Shown here piece after piece: positions 1-10,160 of a stretch of DNA of 26,130 nucleotides. The position numbers and the translations under genes were made by a program. The DNA lies in the NCBI RefSeq assembly GCF_006345805.1, contig NW_021835617.1:1-26130 (forward strand), in the 5' to 3' direction. Below the pieces are notes generated by a model, which had not been told where the DNA came from, searched no databases, and worked only from the letters and a program-made list of their open reading frames with translations. The DNA is from Octopus sinensis. Taxonomy: Eukaryota. Position 1 is the stretch's first letter. Every line of letters begins with the position of its first letter.

Positions 1-60
1 TTCAAATTCCATTCTTCACCAAGTGCCACAGATTAGACGAGGTCTTCGCAATAACAGTGT

Positions 61-122
61 AGCACAAAACGGCGGTGCATCACCATGGCCGCAGCTCTGA
101 GCTGACCAGAGAAAAAAAAAAA
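61..122 (+). mobile_element. SINE/LINE-type 3' tail fragment
   Basis: GGCGGTGC-N7-TGGCC-G-CAGCT(ctg)AGCTG followed by an A-run. Same motif order as the SINE tail at 24251-24290 (minus strand). Confidence 0.45.
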
Positions 123-124
123 AC

Positions 125-212
125 ATATATATATATAATATATTATATATACATATATATATAGTGTGTGTGTGTGTGTGGTGTGTGTGTGTGTGTGGTG
201 TGTGGTGTGTGT
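125..212. repeat. compound (TA)n/(GT)n microsatellite
   Basis: Direct reading. Confidence 0.95.
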
Positions 213-503
213 GAGGCGCAATGGCCAGTGGCTAGGGCAGCGGACTCGCGGTCGTAGGAACGCGGTTTCGATTCCCAGACCGGGTGTGTGTGTTTATTGA
301 GCGAAAACACCTAAAAGCTCCACGAGGCTCCGGCAGGGGGGGATGATCCCTGCTGTACTTTCACCACTCTTCTCCCACTCTTTCTTCTGTTGGCCTGCTC
401 GCTTAGCAGCGGGGGGGGTGGCGTCATTCGAAGGCTAAACAATGCGAACGCATTGTGACCAGCGATGTGTAACGACATCTGATGGTCTGGTCGCTCACAT
501 GGT

Positions 504-511
<8 letters not shown>
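213..511 (+). mobile_element. tRNA-derived SINE (head A, tail X)
   Basis: Head GAGGCGCAATGGCCAGTGG (A-box-like) and GGTTTCGATTCC (B-box-like). The first ~150 nt are nearly identical to the copy at 14958-15349. Ends GGTCACGTGA then (TA)n. Confidence 0.85.
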
Positions 512-545
<34 letters not shown>

Positions 546-655
546 TATATATATAGATATAATATATTATATATGTATGTATATATATGTATATATAATA
601 TATGTATATATGCATATATATATGCATATAGATAGATAGATAGATAGATAGATAC
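511..655. repeat. (TA)n/(TAGA)n microsatellite
   Basis: Direct reading. Confidence 0.95.
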
Positions 656-748
656 ACACTCATAAAATATACATACACTAAAAGCTTTGAAATAAAATGG
701 AGAGTGAGAGGAAAAGATGATATCGAGTGTAAGTGAGAAAGAGGAAGA

Positions 749-779
<31 letters not shown>

Positions 780-780
780 G

Positions 781-833
<53 letters not shown>
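749..833. repeat. (GA)n microsatellite
   Basis: Direct reading. Confidence 0.97.
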
Positions 834-837
<4 letters not shown>

Positions 838-1346
838 CATTCTACATTATCTGTACATATACGAAATTGAAACAAACACTGAAATTTTATGGCATTTTCA
901 TAAAGACAAACTTTTTCCGAAAAAATCCCATAAATTTCAAATTTTATTAACTGTAAAGTTTTCTCTGAGAGAGGGTGGGAGGTAAAATGTTTTACTACTT
1001 CGGAATATTTATTACGTGTTTTCATCACTTCACTAAAATCTGAAAGAATCTTTTCTTTCCACTTCTAACTTCTACACTCACTGTTTTCTTTCTCTGTCAA
1101 TAAATACACTTGTGAGCTCGTACACACACATGCATACACATGTCTGTGTATGAATGCAAACGTACATGCGTTTAAGTTTTAGTGTGCCTGGGTATGCGTG
1201 GTCTATGTATCGCTATACGTATGTAACGAATAGCTTCCGACATTTTTAGCCAAGATACGAAACCTAGCCTAGATATTCCTACTAGTCCCCTTCCTATTGT
1301 TCTCGGCTTTTGCACTAGGAAATTTATGTCTTTCACGTCCAAAGCC

Positions 1347-1412
1347 GAAACACAGAGTAGCAAGAGTACTGAAACACAGAGTACATACAGAGTTGCAGAG
1401 TAGCAAGAGACT
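1347..1412. repeat. degenerate ~24 bp minisatellite
   Basis: GAAACACAGAGTA at 1347 and 1371; CAGAGTAGCAAGAG at 1353 and 1396. Confidence 0.6.
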
Positions 1413-1423
1413 GACTAGAGAAT

Positions 1424-1543
1424 ATATATGTATATATATACATATATGCATACACACACACACACACGCACGAACACACACATATACACACACATACACA
1501 CATACACACATACGCACACACACACACACACATATATATACAC
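1424..1543. repeat. (TA)/(CA)-rich microsatellite
   Basis: Direct reading. Confidence 0.93.
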
Positions 1544-1715
1544 AACCATACAGAACAGATTAAAGTAAAAATGAAAAAGCAAAACATTTAGCATCACTTG
1601 AAAAGGACATTTGATTGAGATAGATAATATAAACATAGTCTCTTACAGCTGTTTCTAGAAACATCAAGCTTATGGATCATCCATGAGCTGAATATATCAT
1701 CATCAGAGTCATATA

Positions 1716-1801
1716 CCGCTAGGTTACGGGATCGTAAACACATCCTCAATGGTTGTCAAGCGATGGTGGGGGGGGGGGAAACACACACACACACACATAT
1801 G

Positions 1802-1830
<29 letters not shown>
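1716..1830 (-). mobile_element. 3'-proximal half of a microsatellite-containing SINE, interrupted by the array
   Basis: GCTAGGTTACGGG..TAAACAC..GGTTGTCAAG..(CA)n(TA)n aligns to 24366-24470 of the uninterrupted copy. Confidence 0.75.
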
Positions 1831-1841
<11 letters not shown>

Positions 1842-3054
1842 GAGGGCATTATACATACATGCCAGGAGGCATTCTACATACACGCCATACGCTAAGAGGG
1901 ACAATCAGTCATTTCTACCAAAAATATTACTAATCCCACCGAATGCAATTTTTCAAAGAAAGACATTTAAAAATAATAGACTGTATCACAGTGATTTCAT
2001 ACTTACGTAATCATCAGCAGGCCTGAATATACTATAAATAAACAACGACCCTGCTTCGCTTAAGCCGATCAGCTAACTGATCAACATCAACGAAGCACAT
2101 GGGTTGGTTTATATATACTATATCCGGATGAATGGCAAACTTTTACGATTGCATTTCGGGAGAGGAAAAGTTTTTTCGGAATAAAAATTTAGCAATTAAG
2201 GACAACTACTTAATAAGGAAAACTTAAAAGAAATTGTCAGGTAGATAGCGTAAAAACCTCATAAGAGAAAAAATTTCGAAAATAATTATTTCTATTGAAC
2301 ATATTAATTATATATAGAGGGCATTATACATACATGCCAGGAGGCATTCTACATACACGCCATACGCTAAGAGGGACAATCAGTCATTTCTACCAAAAAT
2401 ATTACTAATCCCACCGAATGCAATTTTTCAAAGAAAGACATTTAAAAATATATAGACCTGTATCACAGTGATTTCATACTTACGTAATCATCAGCAGGCC
2501 TGAATATACTATAAATAAACAACGACCCTGCTTCGCTTAAGCCGATCAGCTAACTGATCAACATCAACGAAGACATGGGTTGGTTTATATTACTATATCC
2601 GGATGAATGGCAAACTTTTACGAATTGCATTTCGGGAGAGGAAAAGTTTTTTCGGAATAAAAATTTAGCAATTAAGGACAACTACTTAATAAGGAAAACT
2701 TAACAAGAAATTGTCAGGTAGATAGCGTAAAAACCTCATAAGAGAAAAAATTTCGAAAATAATTATCTTATTGAACATATTAATTTATATATAGAGGGCA
2801 TTATACATACATGCCAGGAGGCATTCTACATACACGCATACGCTAAGAGGGACAATCAGTCATTTCTACCAAAAATATTACTAATCCCACCGAATGCAAT
2901 TTTTCAAAGAAAGACATTTAAAAATATATAGACCTGTATCACAGTGATTTCATACTACGTAATCATCAGCAGGCCTGAATATACTATAAATAAACAACGA
3001 CCCTGCTTCCGCTTAAGCGATCAGCTAACTGATCAACATCAACGAAGCACATGG
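1831..3054 (+). repeat. tandem array, ~2.55 copies of a ~476 bp unit (forward arm)
   Basis: GAGGGCATTATAC recurs at 1842, 2317 and 2794 (periods 475 and 477). Copies are near-identical. Confidence 0.97.
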
Positions 3055-4806
3055 CCTGCTGATGATTACGTAAGTATGAAATCACTGTGATACAGGTCTA
3101 TATATTTTAAATGTCTTTCTTTGAAAAATTGCATTCGGTGGGATTAGTAATATTTTTGGTAGAAATGACTGATTGTCCCTCTTAGCGTATGGCGTGTATG
3201 TAGAATGCCTCCTGGCATGTTATGTATAATGCCCTCTATATAAAAATATGTTCAATAAGAAATAATTATTTTCGAAATTTTTTCTCTTATGAGGTTTTTA
3301 CGCTATCTACCTGACAATTCTTGTTAAGTTTTCCTTATTAAGTAGTTGTCCTTAATTGCTAAATTTTTATTCCGAAAAAAACTTTTCCTCTCCCGAAATG
3401 CAATTCGTAAAAGTTTGCCATTCATCCGGATATAGTATATATAAACCACCCATGTGCTTCGTTGATGTTGATCAGTTAGCTGATCGGCTTAAGCGAAGCA
3501 GGGTCGTTGTTTATTTATAGTATATTCAGGCCTGCTGATGATTACGTAAGTATGAAATCACTGTGATACAGGTCTATATATTTTTAAATGTCTTTCTTTG
3601 AAAAATTGCATTCGGTGGGATTAGTAATATTTTTGTAGAAATGACTGATTGTCCCTCTTAGCGTATGGCGTGTATGTAGAATGCCTCCTGGCATGTATGT
3701 ATAATGCCCTCTATATATAAATTAATATGTTCAATAAGAAATAATTATTATTTTCGAAATTTTTTCTCTTATGAGGTTTTTACGCTATCTACCTGACAAT
3801 TCTTGTTAAGTTTTCCTTATTAAGTAGTTGTCCTTAATTGCTAAATTTTTATTCCGAAAAAACTTTTCCTCTCCGAAATGCAATTCGTAAAAGTTTGCCA
3901 TTCATCCGGATATAGATATATAAACCAACCCATGTGCTTCGTTGATGTTGATCAGTTAGCTGATCGGCTTAAGCGAGCAGGGTCGTTGTTTATTTATAGT
4001 ATATTCAGGCCTGCTGATGATTACGTAAGTATGAAATCACTGTGATACAGGTCTATATATTTTTAAATGTCTTTCTTTGAAAAATTGCATCTCGTGGGAT
4101 TAGTAATATTTTTGGTGTGAGAAATGACTGATTGTCCCTCTTAGCGTATGGTGTATGTATGTAGAATGCCTCCTGGCATGTATGTATATGCCCTCTATAT
4201 ATAAATTAATATGTTCAATAAGAAATAATTATTTTCGAAATTTTTTCTCTTATGAGGTTTTTACGCTATCTACCTGACAATTTCTTGTTAAGTTTTCCTT
4301 ATTAAGTAGTTGTCCTTAATTGCTAAATTTTTATTCCGAAAAAACTTTTCCTCTCCCGAAATGCAATTCGTAAAAGTTTGCCATTCATCCGGATATAGTA
4401 TATATAAACCAACCCATGTGCTTCGTTGATGTTGATCAGTTAGCTGATCGGCTTAAGCGAAGCAGGGTCGTTGTTTATTATAGTATATTCAGGCCTGCTG
4501 ATGATTACGTAAGTATGAAATCACTGTGATACAGGTCTATATATTTTTAAATGTCTTTCTTTGAAAAATTGCATTCGGTGGGATGGATTAGTAAATTTTT
4601 GGTAGAAATGACTGATTGTCCCTCTAGCGTATGGCGTGTATGTAGAATGCCTCCTGGCATGTATGTATAATGCCCTCTATATATAAATAATATGTTATAA
4701 GAAATAATTATTTTGAAATTTTTTCTCTTATGAGGTTTTTACGCTATCTACCTGACAATTTCTTGTTAAGTTTTCCTTATTAAGTAGTTGTCCTTAATTG
4801 CTAAAT
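3053..4806 (-). repeat. tandem array, ~3.65 copies of the same unit in inverted orientation (reverse arm)
   Basis: GCCCTC (reverse complement of GAGGGC) at 3231, 3706, 4190 and 4672. The junction at 3053-3054 has GG microhomology. Confidence 0.97.
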
Positions 4807-4978
4807 ATATATATATATATATATATATATACAACAGGATTCTTTCAGTTTCTGTCTACCAAATCCACTCACAAGGCTTTAGTCGGCCCGAGGCTATAGT
4901 AGAAGACACTTGCCCAAGGTGCCACGCAGTGGAACTGAACCCGGAACCATGTTTGGGAAGCAAGCTTCTTATCACATA
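4806..4978 (-). mobile_element. 5' half (tRNA-like head plus CORE-like segment) of the same interrupted SINE
   Basis: The minus strand reads GGTTCAGTTCC (B-box-like), then GCGTGGCACCTTGGGCAAGTGTCTTCTACTATAG. CCTTGGGCAAGT resembles the CORE-SINE motif. Matches 24478-24578 and abuts (TA)n. Confidence 0.85.
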
Positions 4979-5193
4979 ACGAACAATAACAACATGCCTA
5001 GGACATTTCAGTATATTTAGCGAGTCATCCCCTTCTTTATACATGCACCTCATGTGACACAAACTGCACAGATTGATGCAGCACAGTTAGATACACAAAA
5101 TCCAACCCATAACCGGCAGTTGCAGGATGGGTCGAAACGATCGTCATACTGAATAAAGACTACTTTCCGTCTCTTTCATCAATTATATATACA

Positions 5194-5881
5194 CAGGGTG
5201 TCCCAAAAATCGCTATACACTTTCTATTCTCTGTTTTGTTTCAGAAGTTTTTCAGTCTTCTACTGTAGTTCATTGCAAGTTTGAGAAGGTTTATGGCCGT
5301 CACACTGCACCAACGCGTAGCACAATTTATGCTTTCCATAGCAAGTTTCTCAAAAGAGGATCTGTTCTTAAACACCGAGCTCCTGAAGCAGGCGTTCGCA
5401 AAAAGCGAGGGGAAGTCCATCCGGAGGATTGCACTGGAACTTAGCATAAAAAAGTTCGATTCTGCGGATGATTCGGAGAGTGATAAAGCTCTACCCGTAC
5501 CTACTTCATATTGTTCAAAGGCTTCAAGCGGAAGATTATGATGCTCGTGTGGAAATGTGCGAATTACTCCTTCATTAATACCATAACGATTCTCAGTTCT
5601 TGGAAAACTTATGGTTCAGCGATGAGTCTATCTTTCAACTCTCTGGTCGGGTAAACCGACGCAATTGTCGAATTTGGGGAAAATCAAAAGCAGCAGAAAT
5701 TCTCGAACATGAAAGAAACTCTCCGAAGCTGCTGGTATGGTTTGTCATGGTTAAGGGAATGATACACTTACAAAACCTGCAAAGTCTAAAGTGTCAAATA
5801 CTGATGGCCTCACGTCTGTCCGAATGATACCTGAAACGAAATAGAAAAAAGAAAGTGTGTAGTGACTTTTGGGACACCCTG
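5194..5881 (+). mobile_element. internally deleted Tc1/mariner-superfamily element, rosa/DD41D-like
   Basis: ~32 bp imperfect TIRs: CAGGGTGTCCCAAAAATCGCTATACACTTTCT, and the reverse complement of the right end CAGGGTGTCCCAAAAGTCACTACACACTTTCT. TA at the right flank, CA at the left. Contains a transposase remnant. Confidence 0.9.
5243..5750 (+). pseudogene. transposase remnant (N-terminal HTH to first catalytic Asp), with frameshifts and a stop
   Basis: Pieced frames: PTRSTIYAFHSKFLKRGSVL / KSIRRIALELSI / LYPYLLHIVQRL..DYDARVEMC / LWFSDESIFQLSGRVNRRNCRIWG..KLLVW. The WFSDE..F.L.G.VN..NCRIWG signature is typical of DD41D/rosa-type transposases. The second and third catalytic residues are deleted, so the spacing cannot be counted. 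Confidence 0.85.
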
Positions 5882-5884
5882 TAT

Positions 5885-5947
<63 letters not shown>

Positions 5948-6066
5948 TGTGTGTATGTATGTGTGTATGTGTGTATGTAAGTATGTATGTATGTATGTAT
6001 GTATGTGTGTATGTATGTAAGTATGTATGTATGTATGTATGTATGTATGTATGTATGTATGTGTGT
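5882..6066. repeat. (CA)n(TA)n(TATG)n compound microsatellite
   Basis: Direct reading. Confidence 0.95.
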
Positions 6067-6310
6067 ATGTCTGTATGTCGCTGTATTTTTTTATGTCATT
6101 TTTATGTATCACCATATTATCGCTTCTGCAATAGGATAATATCATTATATTCTATTTCATCGAACCCTATTTTATTATTCTTTGAACCCATGTATCACCA
6201 CGAAATATTTGCGTAGTAAAGCCAAATAAGCTATATGAAGCGTACTGCCTTTTGTAAGTACGGGTGAGTCGAAGTGTTTTTTAATTTGGACAGACGTTGT
6301 TGAAACTTAC

Positions 6311-6386
6311 CAGCTGCTCCCCATTGATTGTCTGTTTTGATTCGTTTTGTAGCACCATCCCAAAAGGCTTTGATAAAGTAACACAC
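6311..6386 (-). other. candidate 76 nt exon of an unidentified minus-strand host gene
   Basis: CTAACATACAG acceptor and CTG|GTAAGT donor. Open in all three frames (e.g. VCYFIKAFWDGATKRIKTDNQWGAA). No homology recognised. Confidence 0.25.
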
Positions 6387-6461
6387 CTGTATGTTAGAGC
6401 ATCATAGACGCATACACACATATGCAAGCATATATATTTGCATGCATCAATGAATGCATAA

Positions 6462-6523
6462 ATATATACATACATACATAAATACATAATACATACATAC
6501 ATACATACATGCATACATACATA
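6462..6523. repeat. (TACA)n microsatellite
   Basis: Direct reading. Confidence 0.9.
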
Positions 6524-8454
6524 CAAGCACGCACACAAAACACTAAGACACCATCTTCACTTCCCACCCCACAAAAACCATCCCTTGAAAGGCGAAACTT
6601 AAACACAAAGTAACAGTAAGAATATTCACCAATGAGAAAGTCTGGGGTCAACGAACGCTTCTCTCTGGGGTGGCTTGACCAGCTAGAAATAGTAGTTCAG
6701 TATCTCTCAAATAAAACTTTACTATCTAAACAAAGCAGGCTTATTAGATAATATATCGTGCTACGGCTTTCCACCCACAACATCCCCGTTTAATGTTTAG
6801 TCAATTTAAATTGCAGAATAGCTGTCTCTCTTGTCCCTTTTGACAGTACAAAAATCTAAAACTCATTTTCTGCAGAAATCAGATATATCCACTCAAAATT
6901 GCATTACCCGTAACTGAGAAAAGCAATTTTATACATATTAATCTATCTTTTGTTGAGGAATGTCGTGTTTGAGATTATTTTTGTAGAGACAACGTGTCTT
7001 ACAAAAAATACCGATTCTATTTTCATTTCATTTCTTTTTTTTTTTTTGTAGATATTTAACTTCATTACTGGAATGACTGAAATTCAGTTTTGTAGTTCAA
7101 AGGTTAACGCAGTTGACTTTTTCTGCTCATTTCGGTTTTAATTTAATCTCGTTCACATCCTTTTCGGCTCACTACACTTATTATATTAGCCTGCACTTAA
7201 CTATATGTTCTTCACGCAGAAGGCATACCTGAGAATTTTCCAGTGATGTTATTTAAATTGTTTTTAAAGCAAACGTAGTGATTCTGTAATCTGTTAGCAA
7301 AGTTTTAGGCCATACTTCTCAAAAGAGGTTTAATAAATTCGAAACATGTCCGTAGCTTTCAAAGATCAACTCACACACATCTTACAAATTTCTCCTTAAG
7401 TTTTAGCCAATTTAACTTTCACGATTCCCTCCCTTACTACTTCATTGACATTTTTGCTAAACATTTTATGTCGAATGTCTTGGACCTTAAACTTCATTTC
7501 AGTGTGGGGAAAAAAGAGAAATATTCATGATTCTGCGTATGTTCGAGGTAAATAGTTTTCAGGCAAAAGATATCTTAGCCGTTGCTTGATTTAATTTAAG
7601 TGTCGAACATCAGGGTTGCTCACTTGTAGAACACAACTGATCGATATACTTAAATAAAACCAAGCGAAATGGCATTCAAAAATTAACAGACCAAAACAAA
7701 TGCAAGTAATTTTTCAGATTATGCCGAAGAGAAGTTTAGTTTGCTAATAATTTTCAGTTCCCGTTCGAAATGCTTTGGGATAAACCTTAGTTAATCGATG
7801 TTCCCGGGAACAAAAAAGCATATTAGGAAGGAGAATTCTAAATATTTTCGCTGGTGACATTTTGAAGAATTCGCGCCTAGAATTTAATGAATAGTCGATA
7901 TGAAAGATTTATTGCAAGTATTCAAGCTGTACGATCCAAATCTTCTAGCATACATAGTTTGTGGTGTTTTTGTCTTTTAGTCTCCATATGTGCTGTGAAA
8001 AGGATGTTATAGCACTTTGAATTTCTAAAGGAATACGTGAGCTCTGGGAACCTGTTATTAAAGCGACGGAATGCTATGTCTAAACGCTTTCAACTTGATC
8101 TACCAACTCCCTTTCAGCACAAAATACTAAGTTCTTGCTTAGGCATCTGCTATCAAGTTAGTATGAATTGATATTGACAGAATTGCGTTGGGTTCATAAC
8201 ATGACAGAAGACTGTTACTATAATTTCATGATTTGATGCCATAAATTAAATCATTGTGGTTACTACTATAGCTTCAGCAAGTTAATCATATTCTGGAGAA
8301 CCTATTGCATGAATGGTTATTAAAAAATTCTCAATATTGACATTTCCTCTCAATTCGTTGAACACTAGGAATAAACCCATTCCAAAATTTCATCACCAGA
8401 GCAAACTTATTGAACCTACATTGAATATATTGCAATATTGTACATAGAATCAAA

Positions 8455-8632
8455 GCGGCGGGTACGCCGAGAAAAATGCTTAGCGGCACTTCGTCTGTCT
8501 TTACGTCTGAGCTCAAATTCCCCTGAGGTCGACTTTGGCTGTCATCCTTTCAGGGTCGAAAAAATAAGTACCATGTAATCAACTAGTCCCCTCCCCGAAT
8601 TTGCTGGCCTTGTGCCAAAATTAGAAACCAAT
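8455..8632 (+). mobile_element. diverged SINE (GTCGACTTTGCCTTTCATCC family)
   Basis: AAATGCTTAGCGGCACTTCGTCTG..GAGGTCGACTTTGGCTGTCATCCTTTCAGGGTCGA..TAAGTACC aligns to 15454-15858. Confidence 0.8.
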
Positions 8633-9038
8633 ATTATACATAGAATTCCTTTGAAGTCCCTCGTTCATTTTAAGAACTTCCATGTACTGTAAATAAACGT
8701 TCTATGAATATTTAATGTTCTCATTAACAAACCCGAAATTTTATCTCAAAGATTATCATCTATCAGCTCAATGTTACTGAAAGATATTTCTCAAGAAAAC
8801 TCAGTAAAATGACTTCTCTTTGTCTCACAATTCAAAAAGATGAACGTTACTGTATATTCATATACCTTACACTTTCTTATTTACTTTTAAAGGATACTTC
8901 ATAAATATACGGCTTTTACATTGTGATACTGTATCTACTGCTATCTCTAACAACGAAAGACCTAGTGCTAACGATCTGCTACTCTTCAGCATTTTTTCAT
9001 TTTCTCAACTCAGTCTCTATCTCGCCTATTTCTACTTT

Positions 9039-9300
9039 TCTTTTTCTTTTTCTTGCGCCCTTTTAAAGCCTAGCCAGGCTCATGGGCCCGGTTTCCCCGT
9101 TTCTATGGCGTATGTGTTCCTCAGCTGGACGGGACGCCAGTCCAGCGCAGCGTTACGCATTTTTGCCAGCTGAGTGGACTGGAGCAACGTGAAATGAAGT
9201 GTTTTGCTCAAGAACACAACGCGTTGCCCGGTCCAGGAATCGAAACCACAATCTTACGATCATGGTGCTGACACCCTAAGCACTAAGCCACGTGCCTCCA
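9039..9300 (-). mobile_element. full-length tRNA-derived SINE (head B, V-domain-like tail Z) with 14 bp TSD
   Basis: A-box-like TGGCTTAGTG and B-box-like GGTTTCGATTCC. Central TGGACTGGCGTCCCGTCCAG resembles the V-SINE domain (from recall). A-rich tail. TSD CCTATTTCTACTTT at 9025-9038 and 9301-9314. Confidence 0.9.
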
Positions 9301-9743
9301 CCTATTTCTACTTTACCTTCCCAATTTCCCTCTCTTCATTTTTGTATTAAATTCTTTCTTTCCTTTTTCTGCTCTTTTGTGTCTAGCAACTTCCTCCTTA
9401 TATACTTCGATGCAGGTCATGTAGTAACTATTTCTTTTCTATTTTTGAACTATACCAGCTTTATTTCCCTTCATGTTAATGGCCATATTACAAATAATCT
9501 GAATATGAAATTTTACATTGTAATCATTTTAAGTTTTGAAATCTCAGTATTTATAAACTTTCCTTTGAAAATTGTATAATGCCCGCGTAAGCTTGTAAGT
9601 TGTCATAAAAATCCATCAGTCGTAAAGAAAAGCGGTAACGTGAATCTCGGAATAACGACTGTGTAAAATTTCAGTTTCCATTGTTCTCCTTATTAAAAAT
9701 TTTACTTTATGTACTGATACATTTTCTTTCTATTTGCATCACT

Positions 9744-9796
9744 CTCTCCCCCCTCTCTCTCTGTGTATATGTGTGTGTGTATGTATGTATACAGAA

Positions 9797-9861
<65 letters not shown>

Positions 9862-9862
9862 G
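9744..9862. repeat. (CT)/(TG)/(CA)/(TA) compound microsatellite
   Basis: Direct reading. Confidence 0.9.
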
Positions 9863-10067
9863 AATAGCAAGAGTGAAATTTAGAAAGAAAAACCTTGAAA
9901 ATATGGCAAGCTATTAACAGAATAAAGATGACAGGTGTTGTCATTTGAAATAACTCCTACATTAAATAAGAATGGAAGACAGAAAATGTATATTCCTTAT
10001 TATTTGAATTTTATTATTTCTGCATGTATATGTTACGCTTGGTTACGTTTATATGATTTCTTAAATT

Positions 10068-10160
10068 TCTCTCTTTCCCACCCTCCCTCCCTCCTTTTCT
10101 CTCTCTCTCTTCTCTCTCTCTCTCTCTCTCTTTCTCGCTCCCGCTCTCTCCCTCTTTATC
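10068..10160. repeat. (CT)n-rich tract
   Basis: Direct reading. Confidence 0.9.

Noticed and set aside
2976-3052. Missed-adapter fold-back read as the sole explanation of the inversion
   Set aside because: That would give one symmetric palindrome extending into the flank, not direct tandem copies on both arms with SINE halves continuing correctly on either side. An amplification chimera is still not excluded.
3478-3510. CTGATC..AGCGAAGCAGGGTCG in each array unit resembles a 5S rRNA A-box, which would suggest a 5S rDNA array
   Set aside because: There is no C-box, no 5'/3' terminal helix and no T-run terminator at the right distance. The resemblance is to the vertebrate-type sequence, not the molluscan one as I recall it.
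1831-4806. CRISPR array or prokaryotic/viral repeat system
   Set aside because: Units are ~478 bp and wholly repeated, with no unique spacers and no cas-like ORFs. The context is eukaryotic.
1831-4806. Firm Helitron call for the array unit (TCTATATATAAA start-like motif, hairpin)
   Set aside because: There is no CTRR 3' end after the hairpin and no CTRR|TC head-to-tail junction. Kept only as an unproven possibility.
7052-8156. Small plus-strand AG..GT-bounded open segments (7052-7102 IFNFITGMTEIQFCSSK; 8118-8156 HKILSSCLGICYQ)
   Set aside because: Donors are weak, no homology is recognised, and such segments are expected by chance in AT-rich DNA.
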